From Leidyana gryllorum EB-2025a (taxonomy: Eukaryota > Protista > Apicomplexa), in the NCBI GenBank assembly GCA_048772705.1, contig JBLWGC010000147.1, positions 1 through 35,660 on the forward strand: a stretch of 35,660 nucleotides of DNA, given 5' to 3'. A program made the position numbers and the translations under genes. The notes under the pieces were generated by a model. That model searched no databases, had not been told where the DNA came from, and saw nothing but the letters and a program-made list of their open reading frames with translations. Every line of letters begins with the position of its first letter. Positions within the stretch are counted from its first letter, which is position 1. This document shows, piece by piece, positions 9,214 through 18,203 of this stretch.

Positions 9214-9286
9214 TGGACGACCTGGCTATCGATCCCAGTACCTCTCGCATGCTAAGCGAGCGCTCTACCATTTGAGCTAGTCGCCC
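9214..9286 (-). tRNA. trnA: tRNA-Ala(AGC)
   Basis: One T-stem mismatch. Confidence 0.82.
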
Positions 9287-9374
9287 GTTGTGCGGACCCC
9301 ATCGCATTTGTTGGTTCTCAACATAGGATGACCACTTTTTAAACTGTCTTCAGCGGGTTGCACGAACGACAGGC

Positions 9375-9446
9375 GGCTGTTTGGTGTAGTGGTATGATAC
9401 TTGCGTCGGGTGGAAGAAGTCCTGGGTTCCATTCCCAAAACAGCCC
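9375..9446 (+). pseudogene. tRNA-Pro(CGG) pseudogene
   Basis: Pro body, decayed. Confidence 0.7.
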
Positions 9447-9522
9447 GCTTTGTTGTATCTTGACCCAACCTGCCTGGCAGCATGGTTCTGGGTTCGGGTG
9501 ATTCCTCGGAGAAAGTCGGAGG

Positions 9523-9583
9523 GGGAGGGTAGCGCGTAGGTCTGATAATCCTAAAGTCGAGAGTTCGATCCTCTCCACTCCCA
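9523..9583 (+). pseudogene. elongator Met body, D-arm deletion, GAT anticodon
   Basis: Compare 8039 and 19448. Confidence 0.75.
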
Positions 9584-9739
9584 CGGTCAGAATCGAAACC
9601 GCCGACAAACTCATCATGCTATCATTCTGCATCTGTCAGGAATCGCACCCGGGTTATCTCGATGGCAGCGAGCGACTCTTCCACTGGTGAATCTTGTACG
9701 TGGTGACAGCCATTCCTCATAAGCTTATCGATGCATCAA

Positions 9740-9811
9740 AGCCTTCTGCCGGAATCGAACAGGCGACTTCTCGCTTACGAAGCGAACGCTCTGCCCCTAA
9801 GCTAAGAAGGC
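9740..9811 (-). tRNA. trnT: tRNA-Thr(CGT)
   Basis: One T-stem mismatch. Confidence 0.8.
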
Positions 9812-9943
9812 AACTTAGCTGGAGAATCATGTGGCAGTTGTATCGACAAAAGTTAGCCGGGTGCCACGTGCACGGCGGGCTGTCCTGCGCGCATCGTGGG
9901 GGCATGCTGGGATGAAGTCGCAGGTTGTCCTGACTACAACGCC

Positions 9944-10023
9944 TGACAAGAGTGGGATTCGAACCCACGCCCTTTCGGACTGCGGCCTGAACACAGCGCC
10001 TTGGACCACTCGGCCATCTTGCC
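9944..10023 (-). tRNA. trnL: tRNA-Leu(CAG)
   Basis: Full cloverleaf. Confidence 0.9.
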
Positions 10024-10117
10024 GAAATGTTGTTGGCTCGCCGCCCCACGCGTTTTCTATCCGTGGAATCTCAAAATGGAAGAACTTCTGGGGTTGGAGG
10101 CCGGCGTATGCACAGCG

Positions 10118-10188
10118 TCCGAGATAGTATAGCGGTTAGGATTTCCGCCTATCACGCGGAAGACCAGGGTCGATTCCAGGTCTCGGAG
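10118..10188 (+). pseudogene. tRNA-Asp body, ATC anticodon
   Basis: T arm damaged. Confidence 0.78.
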
Positions 10189-10241
10189 CACAGTTCTTTT
10201 TTCCGCTTCAGATTTCGTGGTGCTCAGATAAAGTTTCGAGC

Positions 10242-10314
10242 TACAGCCACCGAGGATCGAACTCGGGACCTTCTGCGTGTGAAGCAGACGTCGTAACCAC
10301 TAGACCATGGCTGC
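10242..10314 (-). tRNA. trnV: tRNA-Val(CAC)
   Basis: Full cloverleaf. Confidence 0.92.
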
Positions 10315-10434
10315 GCGGAGCTTTCGGACTGTGAAAGGGGCGTGTGTCTCTGGAAACAGGTATCTGATGAGGGGCGAAAACCACGGAATGCTATGAGGTC
10401 TGCACAGCGGGCGACTAGCTCAACAAGATATTAT

Positions 10435-10505
10435 GCATCTGTGGTCTAGTGGTAGAATGTCTCGTTGCCATCGAGACGACCCGGGTTCGATTCCCGGCAG
10501 ATGCA
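10435..10505 (+). tRNA. trnG: tRNA-Gly(GCC)
   Basis: Full cloverleaf. Confidence 0.93.
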
Positions 10506-10581
10506 GAAGACACAGTTGGTTTTCCCACCATTCCAGCGATTCACGCTTGAGTTGGTGTCTGACCCCTCCGATCACATCGCA

Positions 10582-10663
10582 CGACAACTGCTGGATCTGC
10601 ACCAGCCCGGCCCAGGCCCTGTAGAGATCAAATCTTCTCCCCTTCCCCACTTGGGCAAGTTGG
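10582..10663 (-). pseudogene. tRNA-Ser pseudogene
   Basis: Ser body, decayed. Confidence 0.65.
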
Positions 10664-10761
10664 CAACTGTCGAACTTAGTAACAGATTCCATCCGTATTC
10701 GTCGTAGAATGTTGGGGCTTCTTCGGGTGGAGGGCAACTCTGTATCACAGATCCACTGCCT

Positions 10762-10830
10762 TGGTCACGCCCGGAACCGGGGACCTTGAGCTTATTAGGC
10801 TCACGCTCTAACCGACTGAGCTACGCGACC
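10762..10830 (-). pseudogene. tRNA-Ile(AAT) with T-loop deletion
   Basis: Compare 15861. Confidence 0.8.
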
Positions 10831-10949
10831 GCCTCCGACGACAGATGGCACCGATTCACTTACTTGATGCCTCTGCGTCGCCACTGCAATCCTTAGCATG
10901 TACTGCTGGTGTTTTGAGCCCAGCCGCCTACTCCGATGATCGCAGCACA

Positions 10950-11031
10950 CGACAACTGCTGGATTTGAACCAGCGCGGGCCCGGCCCAGTAGATTTCGAG
11001 TCTACCCCCTTAACCACTCGGGCAAGTTGCC
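10950..11031 (-). tRNA. trnS: tRNA-Ser(CGA)
   Basis: Full cloverleaf. Confidence 0.92.
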
Positions 11032-11094
11032 AATCGCCGAACTCGGCATTCCGCAGACAGTGGCTTCACATACGGTTCAGCAAGCTTGACTCGG

Positions 11095-11166
11095 ACCGCT
11101 CGCGCTGCCCGAACCCGCGGTCTCTCCATTGAAAGTCTTGCGCGCTACCGACGGAGCTGGCGCGGC
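11095..11166 (-). pseudogene. tRNA-Lys pseudogene
   Basis: Lys body, decayed. Confidence 0.6.
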
Positions 11167-11341
11167 AAGGAAGCTCGCCCTGTACCTGGGGAGGCCCAAG
11201 ATTCCACGATCAATACAAATGGAATTGGTTACTAAGTCCGAATCTGTATCAGAGATCCACTCACTTGATCACGCCGACATTCCATATCCATATTTTCCAA
11301 GACGGTACGGCTCTCGGCCAAAGCCCCAACTCAACCACTCG

Positions 11342-11414
11342 TCCACTGTAGTCTAAGTGGCTAGGATATGCGGCTTTCACCCGCACGATCCGGGTTCAAG
11401 TCCCGGCAGTGGAA
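11342..11414 (+). tRNA. trnE: tRNA-Glu(TTC)
   Basis: Full cloverleaf. Confidence 0.92.
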
Positions 11415-11490
11415 ATCATTGGACCATTCGAGCAAAGTGCTCCAGTAACCTCCGTCAATAGTGACTGACTCGTGATCTTTGGCTTGCATT

Positions 11491-11562
11491 GCCTTCTTAG
11501 CTTAGGGGCAGAGCATTCGCTTAGTAAGCGAAAGGTCGCCGGTTCGATTCCGGCAGAAGGCT
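11491..11562 (+). tRNA. trnT: tRNA-Thr(AGT)
   Basis: Full cloverleaf. Confidence 0.92.
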
Positions 11563-11611
11563 TTGGTCACGACCCAATCAATTCTATAGCTGTTTCCCTC
11601 CTGCGCACACT

Positions 11612-11683
11612 TAGCAGTGCGTCGTTTCGATCGACGGACCTTTGGGTTATGAGCCCAACACTCTTCCACTGAGCTACACTGCT
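11612..11683 (-). tRNA. trnM: initiator tRNA-Met(CAT)
   Basis: A1:U72, 3 G-C anticodon pairs, A54/A60. Confidence 0.93.
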
Positions 11684-11816
11684 TAGTCTGCAACATGGAA
11701 GAAGGAGCTGGAATGCGATTCTTGAGATGTTAATTGCCTTGAGTGCCGAAGTGGCAACGAGGTGGCTCTGTTACTTCTAAAACTGCTTATCCCATCGGGT
11801 CAACCCACAACCAAGA

Positions 11817-11887
11817 GGGTTGTTCTGGGAATTGAACCCAGGACTCCTTCACCCTAAGGAAGGATCATACCACTAGACCAAACAGCC
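11817..11887 (-). pseudogene. tRNA-Pro(AGG), 1-nt deletion
   Basis: Pro body. Confidence 0.75.
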
Positions 11888-11975
11888 GCCTGTCGGTCGT
11901 GCAACCCAGTGAGCACAGTCGCGAGAGTGGTCATACTATGTCGAGAACCAAGAAATGCGATGCGGTCTGCACAGC

Positions 11976-12048
11976 GGGCGACTAGCTCAAATGGTAGAGC
12001 GCTCGCTTAGCATGCGAGAGGTACTGGGATCGATGCCCAGGTCGTCCA
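11976..12048 (+). tRNA. trnA: tRNA-Ala(AGC)
   Basis: Full cloverleaf. Confidence 0.92.
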
Positions 12049-12127
12049 AACTTCGTACGACGGCACCTGCCGGTATTGGTCGATACAACTGACACATGTA
12101 TTCTCCAGCTAAAGTACAAGAGCCAGT

Positions 12128-12190
12128 GCCTTCTTAGCTTACGGGCAGAGCGTTCGCTTCGTAAGCGAGAAGTCGCCGGTTCGATTCCGG
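12128..12190 (+). pseudogene. tRNA-Thr(CGT), 3' truncated
   Basis: Acceptor 3' strand missing. Confidence 0.8.
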
Positions 12191-12212
12191 AGTGAATGAG
12201 TCGGAACTCCGC

Positions 12213-12285
12213 GCAGCCATGGTCTAGTGGTTACGACGTCTGCTTCACACGCAGAAGGTCCCGAGTTCGATCCTCGGTGGCTGTA
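12213..12285 (+). tRNA. trnV: tRNA-Val(CAC)
   Basis: Full cloverleaf. Confidence 0.92.
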
Positions 12286-12338
12286 GCTCGCAACTTTATC
12301 TGAGCACCACGAAATCTGAAGCGGAAAAACGAACTGTG

Positions 12339-12409
12339 CTCCGAGACCGGGAATCGACCCTGGTCTTCCGCGTGATAGGCGGAAATACTAAGCGCTATAC
12401 TATCTCGGA
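12339..12409 (-). pseudogene. tRNA-Asp body, ATC anticodon
   Basis: Shares lesions with 10118. Confidence 0.78.
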
Positions 12410-12528
12410 CGCTCTGGATACGCCGGCCTGCAACCCCAGAAGTTCTTCCATTTTGAGATTCCACGGATAGAAAAAGCGTGGAGCGGCGAGCCAACAACAT
12501 TTGTGGAGCGGCGAGCCAACAACATTTC

Positions 12529-12608
12529 GGCAAGATGGCCGAGTGGTCCAAGGCGCTGTGTTCAGGCCGCAGTCCGAAAGGGCGTGGGTTCGAATCCCAC
12601 TCTTGTCA
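12529..12608 (+). tRNA. trnL: tRNA-Leu(CAG)
   Basis: Full cloverleaf. Confidence 0.9.
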
Positions 12609-12738
12609 GCCGTTATAGTCAGAATAACTTGCGACTTCTTCCCAGCATGCCCGCACGATGGGCGGGACTGCCCGCCGTGCACGTAGCACCCGGCTAACTT
12701 TTGTCGATACAACTGACACATGATTCTCCAGATAAGTT

Positions 12739-12810
12739 GCCTTCTTAGCTTAGGGGCAGAGCGTTCGCTTCGTAAGCGAGAAGTCGCCGGTTCGATTCCG
12801 GCAGAAGGCT
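12739..12810 (+). tRNA. trnT: tRNA-Thr(CGT)
   Basis: Full cloverleaf. Confidence 0.92.
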
Positions 12811-12903
12811 TTCCTCACGCACTTAAGCTATTCTGACTGGTCTCTCAGTCTCGATAAGGATCTGAGAGGTTTGGAGGGGAATTGCAATGCACTTTAGATT
12901 GGT

Positions 12904-12975
12904 TGTCCGAGCCAGGAATCGAGCCTGGGTTTGCACGGCCACAACGTGCTGTCCTAACCACTAGACGACTCGGAC
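12904..12975 (-). tRNA. trnH: tRNA-His(GTG)
   Basis: Perfect acceptor; C54. Confidence 0.85.
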
Positions 12976-13047
12976 AAATCTTTGAGCGAGGCTGTAGAGG
13001 TAGCGAAGCATCGATCAGGATGGGATGGAACAGCCACTCCTCAACTT

Positions 13048-13125
13048 CGGGTGGGACGGAATTGACTCGTGGAATATCTGATGCCACCACTACAGTCAGA
13101 TACGTTACCATCTCAGCACCCCGGG
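13048..13125 (-). pseudogene. tRNA-Tyr pseudogene
   Basis: Inverted twin of 1720. Confidence 0.7.
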
Positions 13126-13221
13126 CCGTAAGAGTACTTCGGGGTGGCACACCGCAGCCAGAACGACATCGGCGGTCGCAACGGAAGCCATTAACACTCT
13201 GGAACTCAGAAGGAAAGTAAT

Positions 13222-13305
13222 GCACAGATGCCCGAGTGGTCTAAGGGGCCAGACTCAAGTTCTGGTAGGCGCAAGTCTGCATGGGTTCGAATCCCGTTCT
13301 GTGCA
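13222..13305 (+). tRNA. trnL: tRNA-Leu(CAA)
   Basis: Full cloverleaf. Confidence 0.9.
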
Positions 13306-13368
13306 ACGGCGATCATCCCCAAAAAAAGCTGGAAAAGGCCACAGTCGGTTGCATGCACCCGAGTATTC

Positions 13369-13438
13369 GGCTGTTGCTCTGCTGGTATGATCCTTCCTCA
13401 GAGTGGAAGGAGTCCTGGGTTCGATTCCAGAACAGCCC
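13369..13438 (+). pseudogene. tRNA-Pro pseudogene
   Basis: Twin of 1385. Confidence 0.72.
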
Positions 13439-13579
13439 TATTGGTCGTCGTTTGACTTGGCCGGACATGTTGCCCTCAGAATCAACACAGCCACCTCGTT
13501 AGCCCGCTTCGGTGGGGCAGTCAGGGCAACTAACATCTCGAAAATCACATTTCGGCTACCTCTTCCATGTTGCAGACTG

Positions 13580-13651
13580 AGCAGTGTAGCTCAGTGGAAG
13601 AGTGTTAGGCTCATAACGCAAAGGTCCGTCGATCGAAACGACGCACTGCTA
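13580..13651 (+). tRNA. trnM: initiator tRNA-Met(CAT), anticodon stem mismatches
   Basis: Twin of 1172. Confidence 0.75.
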
Positions 13652-13699
13652 AGTGTGCGCAGAAGGGAACAGTTGCAGGATAGATTGGCTCGTGAGCCA

Positions 13700-13770
13700 A
13701 GCCTGCTGCCCGAATCGAACCGGCGACCTTTCACTTACTAAGCGAATGCTCTACCCCAAGCTAAAAAGGC
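13700..13770 (-). pseudogene. tRNA-Thr(AGT), degenerate
   Basis: Twin of 1053. Confidence 0.72.
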
Positions 13771-13901
13771 AATGTTGACTGGACATCACGCGTGAGGAGT
13801 CCCTATTGACGGAAGTTACTGAAGCACATTGTTCCACCACTCAACACTCCCACTGCTCCACCCACCGGCAAATAGGGTGTAACTAAGTTGAGAGCTTCCT
13901 T

Positions 13902-13974
13902 GCCGCCCTAGCTCAGTCGGTAGAGCGCAAGACTTTTAATCTTGCAGTCGCGGGTTCGAGGCCCGCGGACGGTG
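13902..13974 (+). tRNA. trnK: tRNA-Lys(TTT)
   Basis: One acceptor mismatch. Confidence 0.82.
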
Positions 13975-14034
13975 CAAATCAATGTCTCTGGGAGTAGGAA
14001 TGGAACCGTTGCCTACAAGCACACTCAGCTGGAT

Positions 14035-14107
14035 TTCCACTGCCGGGACTTGAACCCGGATCGTGCGGGTGAGAGCCGCATATCCTAGCCACTTAGACTA
14101 CAGTGGA
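14035..14107 (-). tRNA. trnE: tRNA-Glu(CTC)
   Basis: Full cloverleaf. Confidence 0.92.
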
Positions 14108-14188
14108 CAACTTCCTCAGCTGCAGCTTTGGACGAAAGCCGTGCCATCTTGAGATGAGATGGAGCGTCGGGTCAACCGACAAGCAACG

Positions 14189-14260
14189 GGGCTGTTCTGG
14201 GAATCGAACCCAGGATTTCTTCCACCCGAAGGAAGAATCATACCACTAGACCAAACAGCC
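14189..14260 (-). tRNA. trnP: tRNA-Pro(CGG)
   Basis: Full cloverleaf. Confidence 0.88.
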
Positions 14261-14393
14261 GCCTGTCGGTCGTGCAACCTGCTGAGTACAGTTGAGATAG
14301 TGGTCATACTATGTCGAGAACCAACAAATGCGATGGGGTCTGCACAACAAAATGGAAAGACTTTTGGAGTTGGAGGCCGGCGTATTTACAGCG

Positions 14394-14466
14394 GCCGAGA
14401 TAGTCTAGTGGTTAGTATTTCTGCCTAACACGCGCAACACCCGGGTTCGCTTCCCGGTCTCCCAGC
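14394..14466 (+). pseudogene. tRNA-Asp pseudogene
   Basis: Asp body, loop CT AAC AC. Confidence 0.65.
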
Positions 14467-14490
14467 ACAGTTGGTTGCGGGACCTTCGCT

Positions 14491-14563
14491 GCCGCCATGG
14501 TCTAGTGGTCACGACGTCTGCTTAACACGCAGAAGGTCCCGAGTTCGATCCTCGGTGGCTGTA
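14491..14563 (+). tRNA. trnV: tRNA-Val(AAC)
   Basis: One acceptor mismatch. Confidence 0.82.
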
Positions 14564-14617
14564 AACTCGCGTTTGTCAGGTGAGCACCACGAAATCTAAA
14601 GCGGAAGAACGAAGTGT

Positions 14618-14689
14618 CTCCGAGACCGGGAATCGAACCCGGGTCTTCCGAGTGATAGGCGGAAATACTAAGCACTATACTATGTCAGA
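14618..14689 (-). pseudogene. tRNA-Asp body, ATC anticodon
   Basis: Related to 7119. Confidence 0.72.
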
Positions 14690-14777
14690 CGCTCGTGGAT
14701 ACCCCGGCCTTCAACCCCAAAAGTCCTTGAGACTTCACGGACAGAAAGCGTGTAAAGTGGCGAGCCAAGAGCACTTC

Positions 14778-14842
14778 GGCAAGATGGCCGAGTGATCTAG
14801 GGCGAGTGCGAAAGGGCGTGGGTTCGAATCCCACTCTTGTCA
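14778..14842 (+). pseudogene. tRNA-Leu with anticodon arm deleted
   Basis: D and T arms retained. Confidence 0.75.
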
Positions 14843-14909
14843 ACCGTTGTATTGTATTGAGTCGTCCCCTCTCTTCACCTATAGACAGGTCGTTCGAGCT
14901 ACATACGGC

Positions 14910-14980
14910 TGCACCTGCCGGGACTCGAACCCGGGTTACGACCTTGGAAGGGTCGCATCTTACCCTTAGACCACAAGTGC
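14910..14980 (-). tRNA. trnG: tRNA-Gly(TCC)
   Basis: Full cloverleaf CT TCC AA. Confidence 0.9.
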
Positions 14981-15001
14981 AATTGCGAAAGATCTGCAGC
15001 A

Positions 15002-15033
15002 CCCCGAGAGACTCGGGCCCCGAGAGACTCGGG
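15002..15033 (+). repeat. 16-bp self-complementary unit duplicated (CCCCGAGAGACTCGGG x2)
   Basis: Direct reading. Confidence 0.85.
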
Positions 15034-15141
15034 AAATTTAATTGGCTCCTGTATATAGCGCCCAGCGTAGAGCGTTGGATTTGAGTCGGACAGAAAGCTC
15101 ACTTCAATCATTGAAGCAATTTCGCTCTCCGCGAATGCTAC

Positions 15142-15223
15142 CGACAAGGGCGAGATTCGAATTCACGCGGGTAAAACCCAACGGCTTAGCAGGCCGCCGC
15201 CTTAACCGCTCGGCCACCTTGCC
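15142..15223 (-). tRNA. trnS: tRNA-Ser(GCT)
   Basis: T-stem mismatch. Confidence 0.78.
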
Positions 15224-15318
15224 GAGACTGTAACTGATTACACCTTCCCTCGGGCACCCCGTGCGAACTGTTGTAGGAAGAGGAGGGTCTCTCTACTAAC
15301 CTGTGAAACATTGTAAGG

Positions 15319-15391
15319 GGTCTTGTAGCTCAGGCGGCAGAGGGTGTGGCTGTTAACCGCAAAGTCGCAGGCTCGGAACCTGCCAGGAGCG
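15319..15391 (+). pseudogene. tRNA-Asn(GTT), degenerate
   Basis: Asn body. Confidence 0.7.
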
Positions 15392-15496
15392 CTTTCAGAG
15401 GCACGCTAGACACTGACTGCGCTGCTCTCGCAATGGCAATTGTGGTGCGACCCTTCAAAGATGGTGAGATCCCGGCACGTGCAGCCGTACGTACTT

Positions 15497-15570
15497 TGGA
15501 CGACCTGGGCATCGATCCCAGTATCTCTCGCACGCTAAGCGTAGCCAGCTACCATTTGAGCTAGTCGCCC
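15497..15570 (-). pseudogene. tRNA-Ala(AGC), degenerate
   Basis: Ala body. Confidence 0.7.
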
Positions 15571-15664
15571 ATTTAGCAAACCCCAGTACATCCATTTCTT
15601 TTTTACATGGTATGTCACTTTCACCTGTTTGTGCTCCACTTTGCACAAACGAAGGCACGCAGGA

Positions 15665-15760
15665 AACGGCTAGAGGGACTCGAACCCTCAACCTTTGCCT
15701 TAGGAGGGCAACGCGCTATCCATTGAAAGTCTTGCGCTCTACCGACGGAGCTGGCGCGGC
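15665..15760 (-). pseudogene. Chimera: Lys 5' half fused to tRNA-Arg(CCT) from the D-loop onward
   Basis: Junction at shared CATTG (plus strand ~15721-15725). Confidence 0.75.
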
Positions 15761-15860
15761 AGGGAAGCTCGGACTTGGTAACAAGTTCCTTTCGTATTAG
15801 TCGAAGAATGCTGTGGCTTCCTCGCGTCCGGGGCGACTCTTTAGCAGAGATCCCCTCACT

Positions 15861-15934
15861 TGGTCACGCCCGGGCTCGAACCGGGGACCTTGAGCTTATT
15901 AGGCTCACGCTCTAACCGACTGAGCTACGCGACC
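15861..15934 (-). tRNA. trnI: tRNA-Ile(AAT)
   Basis: Full cloverleaf. Confidence 0.92.
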
Positions 15935-16143
15935 ACTTCTGCAACGACAGATGGCACCGACCCGGATGCTGGATCCCCCAGAGCTGGAATCAAACATCAG
16001 AGCCATTTAGACACTGGCGGACAGCACCCAATTTTCTAAGCAGGAGTCAGAAGCGGTACGTTCTGCCATAGGCCCAAAATCATCCCCCGCTCCAGACTCA
16101 TTGCCTTGTGGTCCAACATCTCCGATCGTTCCAAACCATCTTC

Positions 16144-16215
16144 AGGGCACGCGCGGAGTTGAACCACGGACTTGCTGATCTGCAGTCAGGTGCTCTACCA
16201 CTGAGCTACGTACCC
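16144..16215 (-). tRNA. trnC: tRNA-Cys(GCA)
   Basis: Cloverleaf, U73. Confidence 0.85.
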
Positions 16216-16311
16216 ACAAACTACCCGTCATACTCGCTCAACTCGATTCTGTCTTCTCTTCTGAAGCAAAACGGCCGGTATTGTGCACGAGCTTAAACAA
16301 CAACGAGTTGT

Positions 16312-16382
16312 GCATCTGTGGTCTTGTGGTAGAATGTGTCGTTGCCACCGAGACGACCCAGGTTCGATTCCCGACAGACGCA
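16312..16382 (+). pseudogene. tRNA-Gly(GCC), degenerate
   Basis: Twin of 6472. Confidence 0.7.
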
Positions 16383-16526
16383 GGAGGCACGCCTCAAACC
16401 GCCGTGGCAAATTAGCAGAGACGCTGACAAGCTTGGTCGGCACGAGGCGGGGGCATTCTGACACTTGATGTGACAACCCCCTGAGATAGAACCGAATGTG
16501 AGTTACGCGGTGGAACGGCGGTGATC

Positions 16527-16600
16527 GCTCCCCTAGCTCAGCTGGTTAGAGCATCGGCCTTATGTGCCGAAGGTCGAGGGTTCGATCCCCCCGGGGAGCA
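16527..16600 (+). tRNA. trnI: tRNA-Ile(TAT), intronless
   Basis: GCTCCCC/GGGGAGC, CT TAT GT. Confidence 0.88.
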
Positions 16601-16741
16601 AATCAACCCAATGACAGCCGAACGCGACCGCCGAGTACTCCAGCATTTGACACCTATGAGTGCTCTAGCCGGGCAGGCCGACCAGGAGGCTGTTTGGTCT
16701 GAAGGTATGATTTTTCCTCGCTTAAAAGAACATTGCAATTA

Positions 16742-16848
16742 AGTCTTGTAGCTCAGTCGGCAAAGCGTGTAGCTGTGGCCGAGTGGTCCAAGGCGCTGTG
16801 TTAAGGCCGCAGTCCGAAAGGGCGTGGGTTCGAATCCCACTCTTGTCA
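16742..16848 (+). pseudogene. Chimera: Asn 5' half fused to tRNA-Leu(AAG) from nt 8
   Basis: ..GCGTGTAGCTG|TGGCCGAGTGG.. Confidence 0.8.
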
Positions 16849-16897
16849 GCCGTTGTATCGGCCCTCGGTCAGCCAGTGGATGCAATAGGTCTTCCAT

Positions 16898-17068
16898 TGG
16901 TCTGATAGGCGGAACATCCGCCGAATCGCTGGTTCCGTCCCTAGTTGGATGCATTGGGTCATGGCTAATCTGGGTATTCTGAAGTTGGGTTGTGTGCCCG
17001 TAATTGAACTAGTTGTATTGGAATGTAATAAAAATGAATAATAAAACGTGTGTGTCGTGTTCGTGACA
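16898..17068 (+). mobile_element. Unique non-tRNA insert, possible LTR 3'-end fragment
   Basis: AT-rich 3' part, two AATAAA, GT-rich tract, ends ..GACA; abuts a half tRNA-Gly. Confidence 0.35.
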
Positions 17069-17158
17069 TTCTACCAATAGACCACAGATGCAGATCACGA
17101 TCTTGCTGCATCTTGTACGTGGTGACAACCGTTGTTAGAGAGCCTATTGATGCATCAA

Positions 17159-17230
17159 AGCCTTCTGACGGAATGGAGCCGCCGACCTTTCGCTTACTAA
17201 GCGAATGCTTTGCCCCTAAGCTAAGAAGGC
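17159..17230 (-). pseudogene. tRNA-Thr(AGT), T-loop mutated
   Basis: Thr body. Confidence 0.72.
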
Positions 17231-17306
17231 AATACAGGCCGAAGTTCGCGAATCAGTCACTATTGACAGGGATTACTGGAGCACTTTGCTCGAGTAGTCC
17301 AATGAC

Positions 17307-17379
17307 TTCCACTGCCGGGACTTGAACCCAGATCGTGCGGGTGAAAGCCGCATATCCTAGCCACTTAGACTACAGTGGA
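17307..17379 (-). tRNA. trnE: tRNA-Glu(TTC)
   Basis: Full cloverleaf. Confidence 0.88.
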
Positions 17380-17493
17380 CGAGTGGTTGAGTTGGGGCTT
17401 CGGCCGAAAGCCGTACCGTCTTGGAAAATATGGACTCAAGCTTGCTGAACCGTATGTGAAGCCACGGGGCGCAAAATGCCAAGTTCGACAGGT

Positions 17494-17568
17494 GGCAACT
17501 TGCCCGAGTGGTTAAGGAGGTAGACTAGAAATCTACTGGGCCTGGCCCGCGCTGGTTCAAATCCAGCA
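17494..17568 (+). pseudogene. tRNA-Ser(AGA) with 3' end replaced by an Ile-like end
   Basis: ..ATCCAGCA|TCGGCGTGATCA. Confidence 0.75.
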
Positions 17569-17811
17569 TCGGCGTGATCAAGTGAGTGGATCTTTGATAA
17601 AGCGTGAGGCTCAGTTGCCAATACCATTAGAATTGATCGTGGAATCTTCGGCTTTAAAAGGTCCAGTACAAGCTTCCTTGCTAAAAAAACCGTCGGTAGA
17701 GCGCAAGACTTTCAATGGAGAGATCGCGGGTTCGGACAGCGCGAGCGCTCCGAGTCAAGCTGCTGAACCGTATGTGAAGCCACTGCCTGCGGCATGCCGA
17801 GTTCTACCGTC

Positions 17812-17893
17812 GGCAACTTGCCCGAGTGGTTAAGGGGGTAGACTCGAAATCTACTGGGCCGGGCCCGCGCTGGTTCAAATCCAGCAGTTGTCG
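17812..17893 (+). tRNA. trnS: tRNA-Ser(CGA)
   Basis: Full cloverleaf. Confidence 0.92.
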
Positions 17894-17969
17894 TGCGATG
17901 TGATCGGGCATCAACTCCCTTCGGTCGTGACTCTGTTTTCATATACGGCGGGTGCAGCCGTTAGAAGCT

Positions 17970-18042
17970 TGGACGACCTGGGCATCGATCCCAGTATCTC
18001 TCGCATGTTAAGCGAGTGCTATGTCATTTGAGCTAGTGGCCC
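17970..18042 (-). pseudogene. tRNA-Ala body, AAC anticodon, degenerate
   Basis: Ala body. Confidence 0.68.
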
Positions 18043-18131
18043 GGTTTGCAGACACCATAGCATTTAGTGGTTCTTGACATATTATGACCAGTGTCTCGAC
18101 TGTACCCAGCGGGTTGAACCACCGACCAGGC

Positions 18132-18203
18132 GGCTGTTTGGTCTAGTGGTATGATCCTTCCTTAGGGTGGAAGGAGTGCTGGGTTCGATTCCCAGAACAG
18201 CCC
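18132..18203 (+). tRNA. trnP: tRNA-Pro(AGG)
   Basis: Full cloverleaf. Confidence 0.87.

Larger units (their letters stand above)
12410..14260 (-). repeat. Inverted copy of ~569-2460
   Basis: Leu-Thr-His-Tyr-Leu-Pro-iMet-Thr-Lys-Glu-Pro. Confidence 0.9.

Noticed and set aside
15002-15033. Twin hairpin as terminator or regulatory site
   Set aside because: Single occurrence without a T tract; more simply a slippage duplication
17065-17091. Half-tRNA primer-binding site after the putative LTR
   Set aside because: Complementarity continues into the genomic Gly upstream flank, so it is a broken gene rather than a PBS
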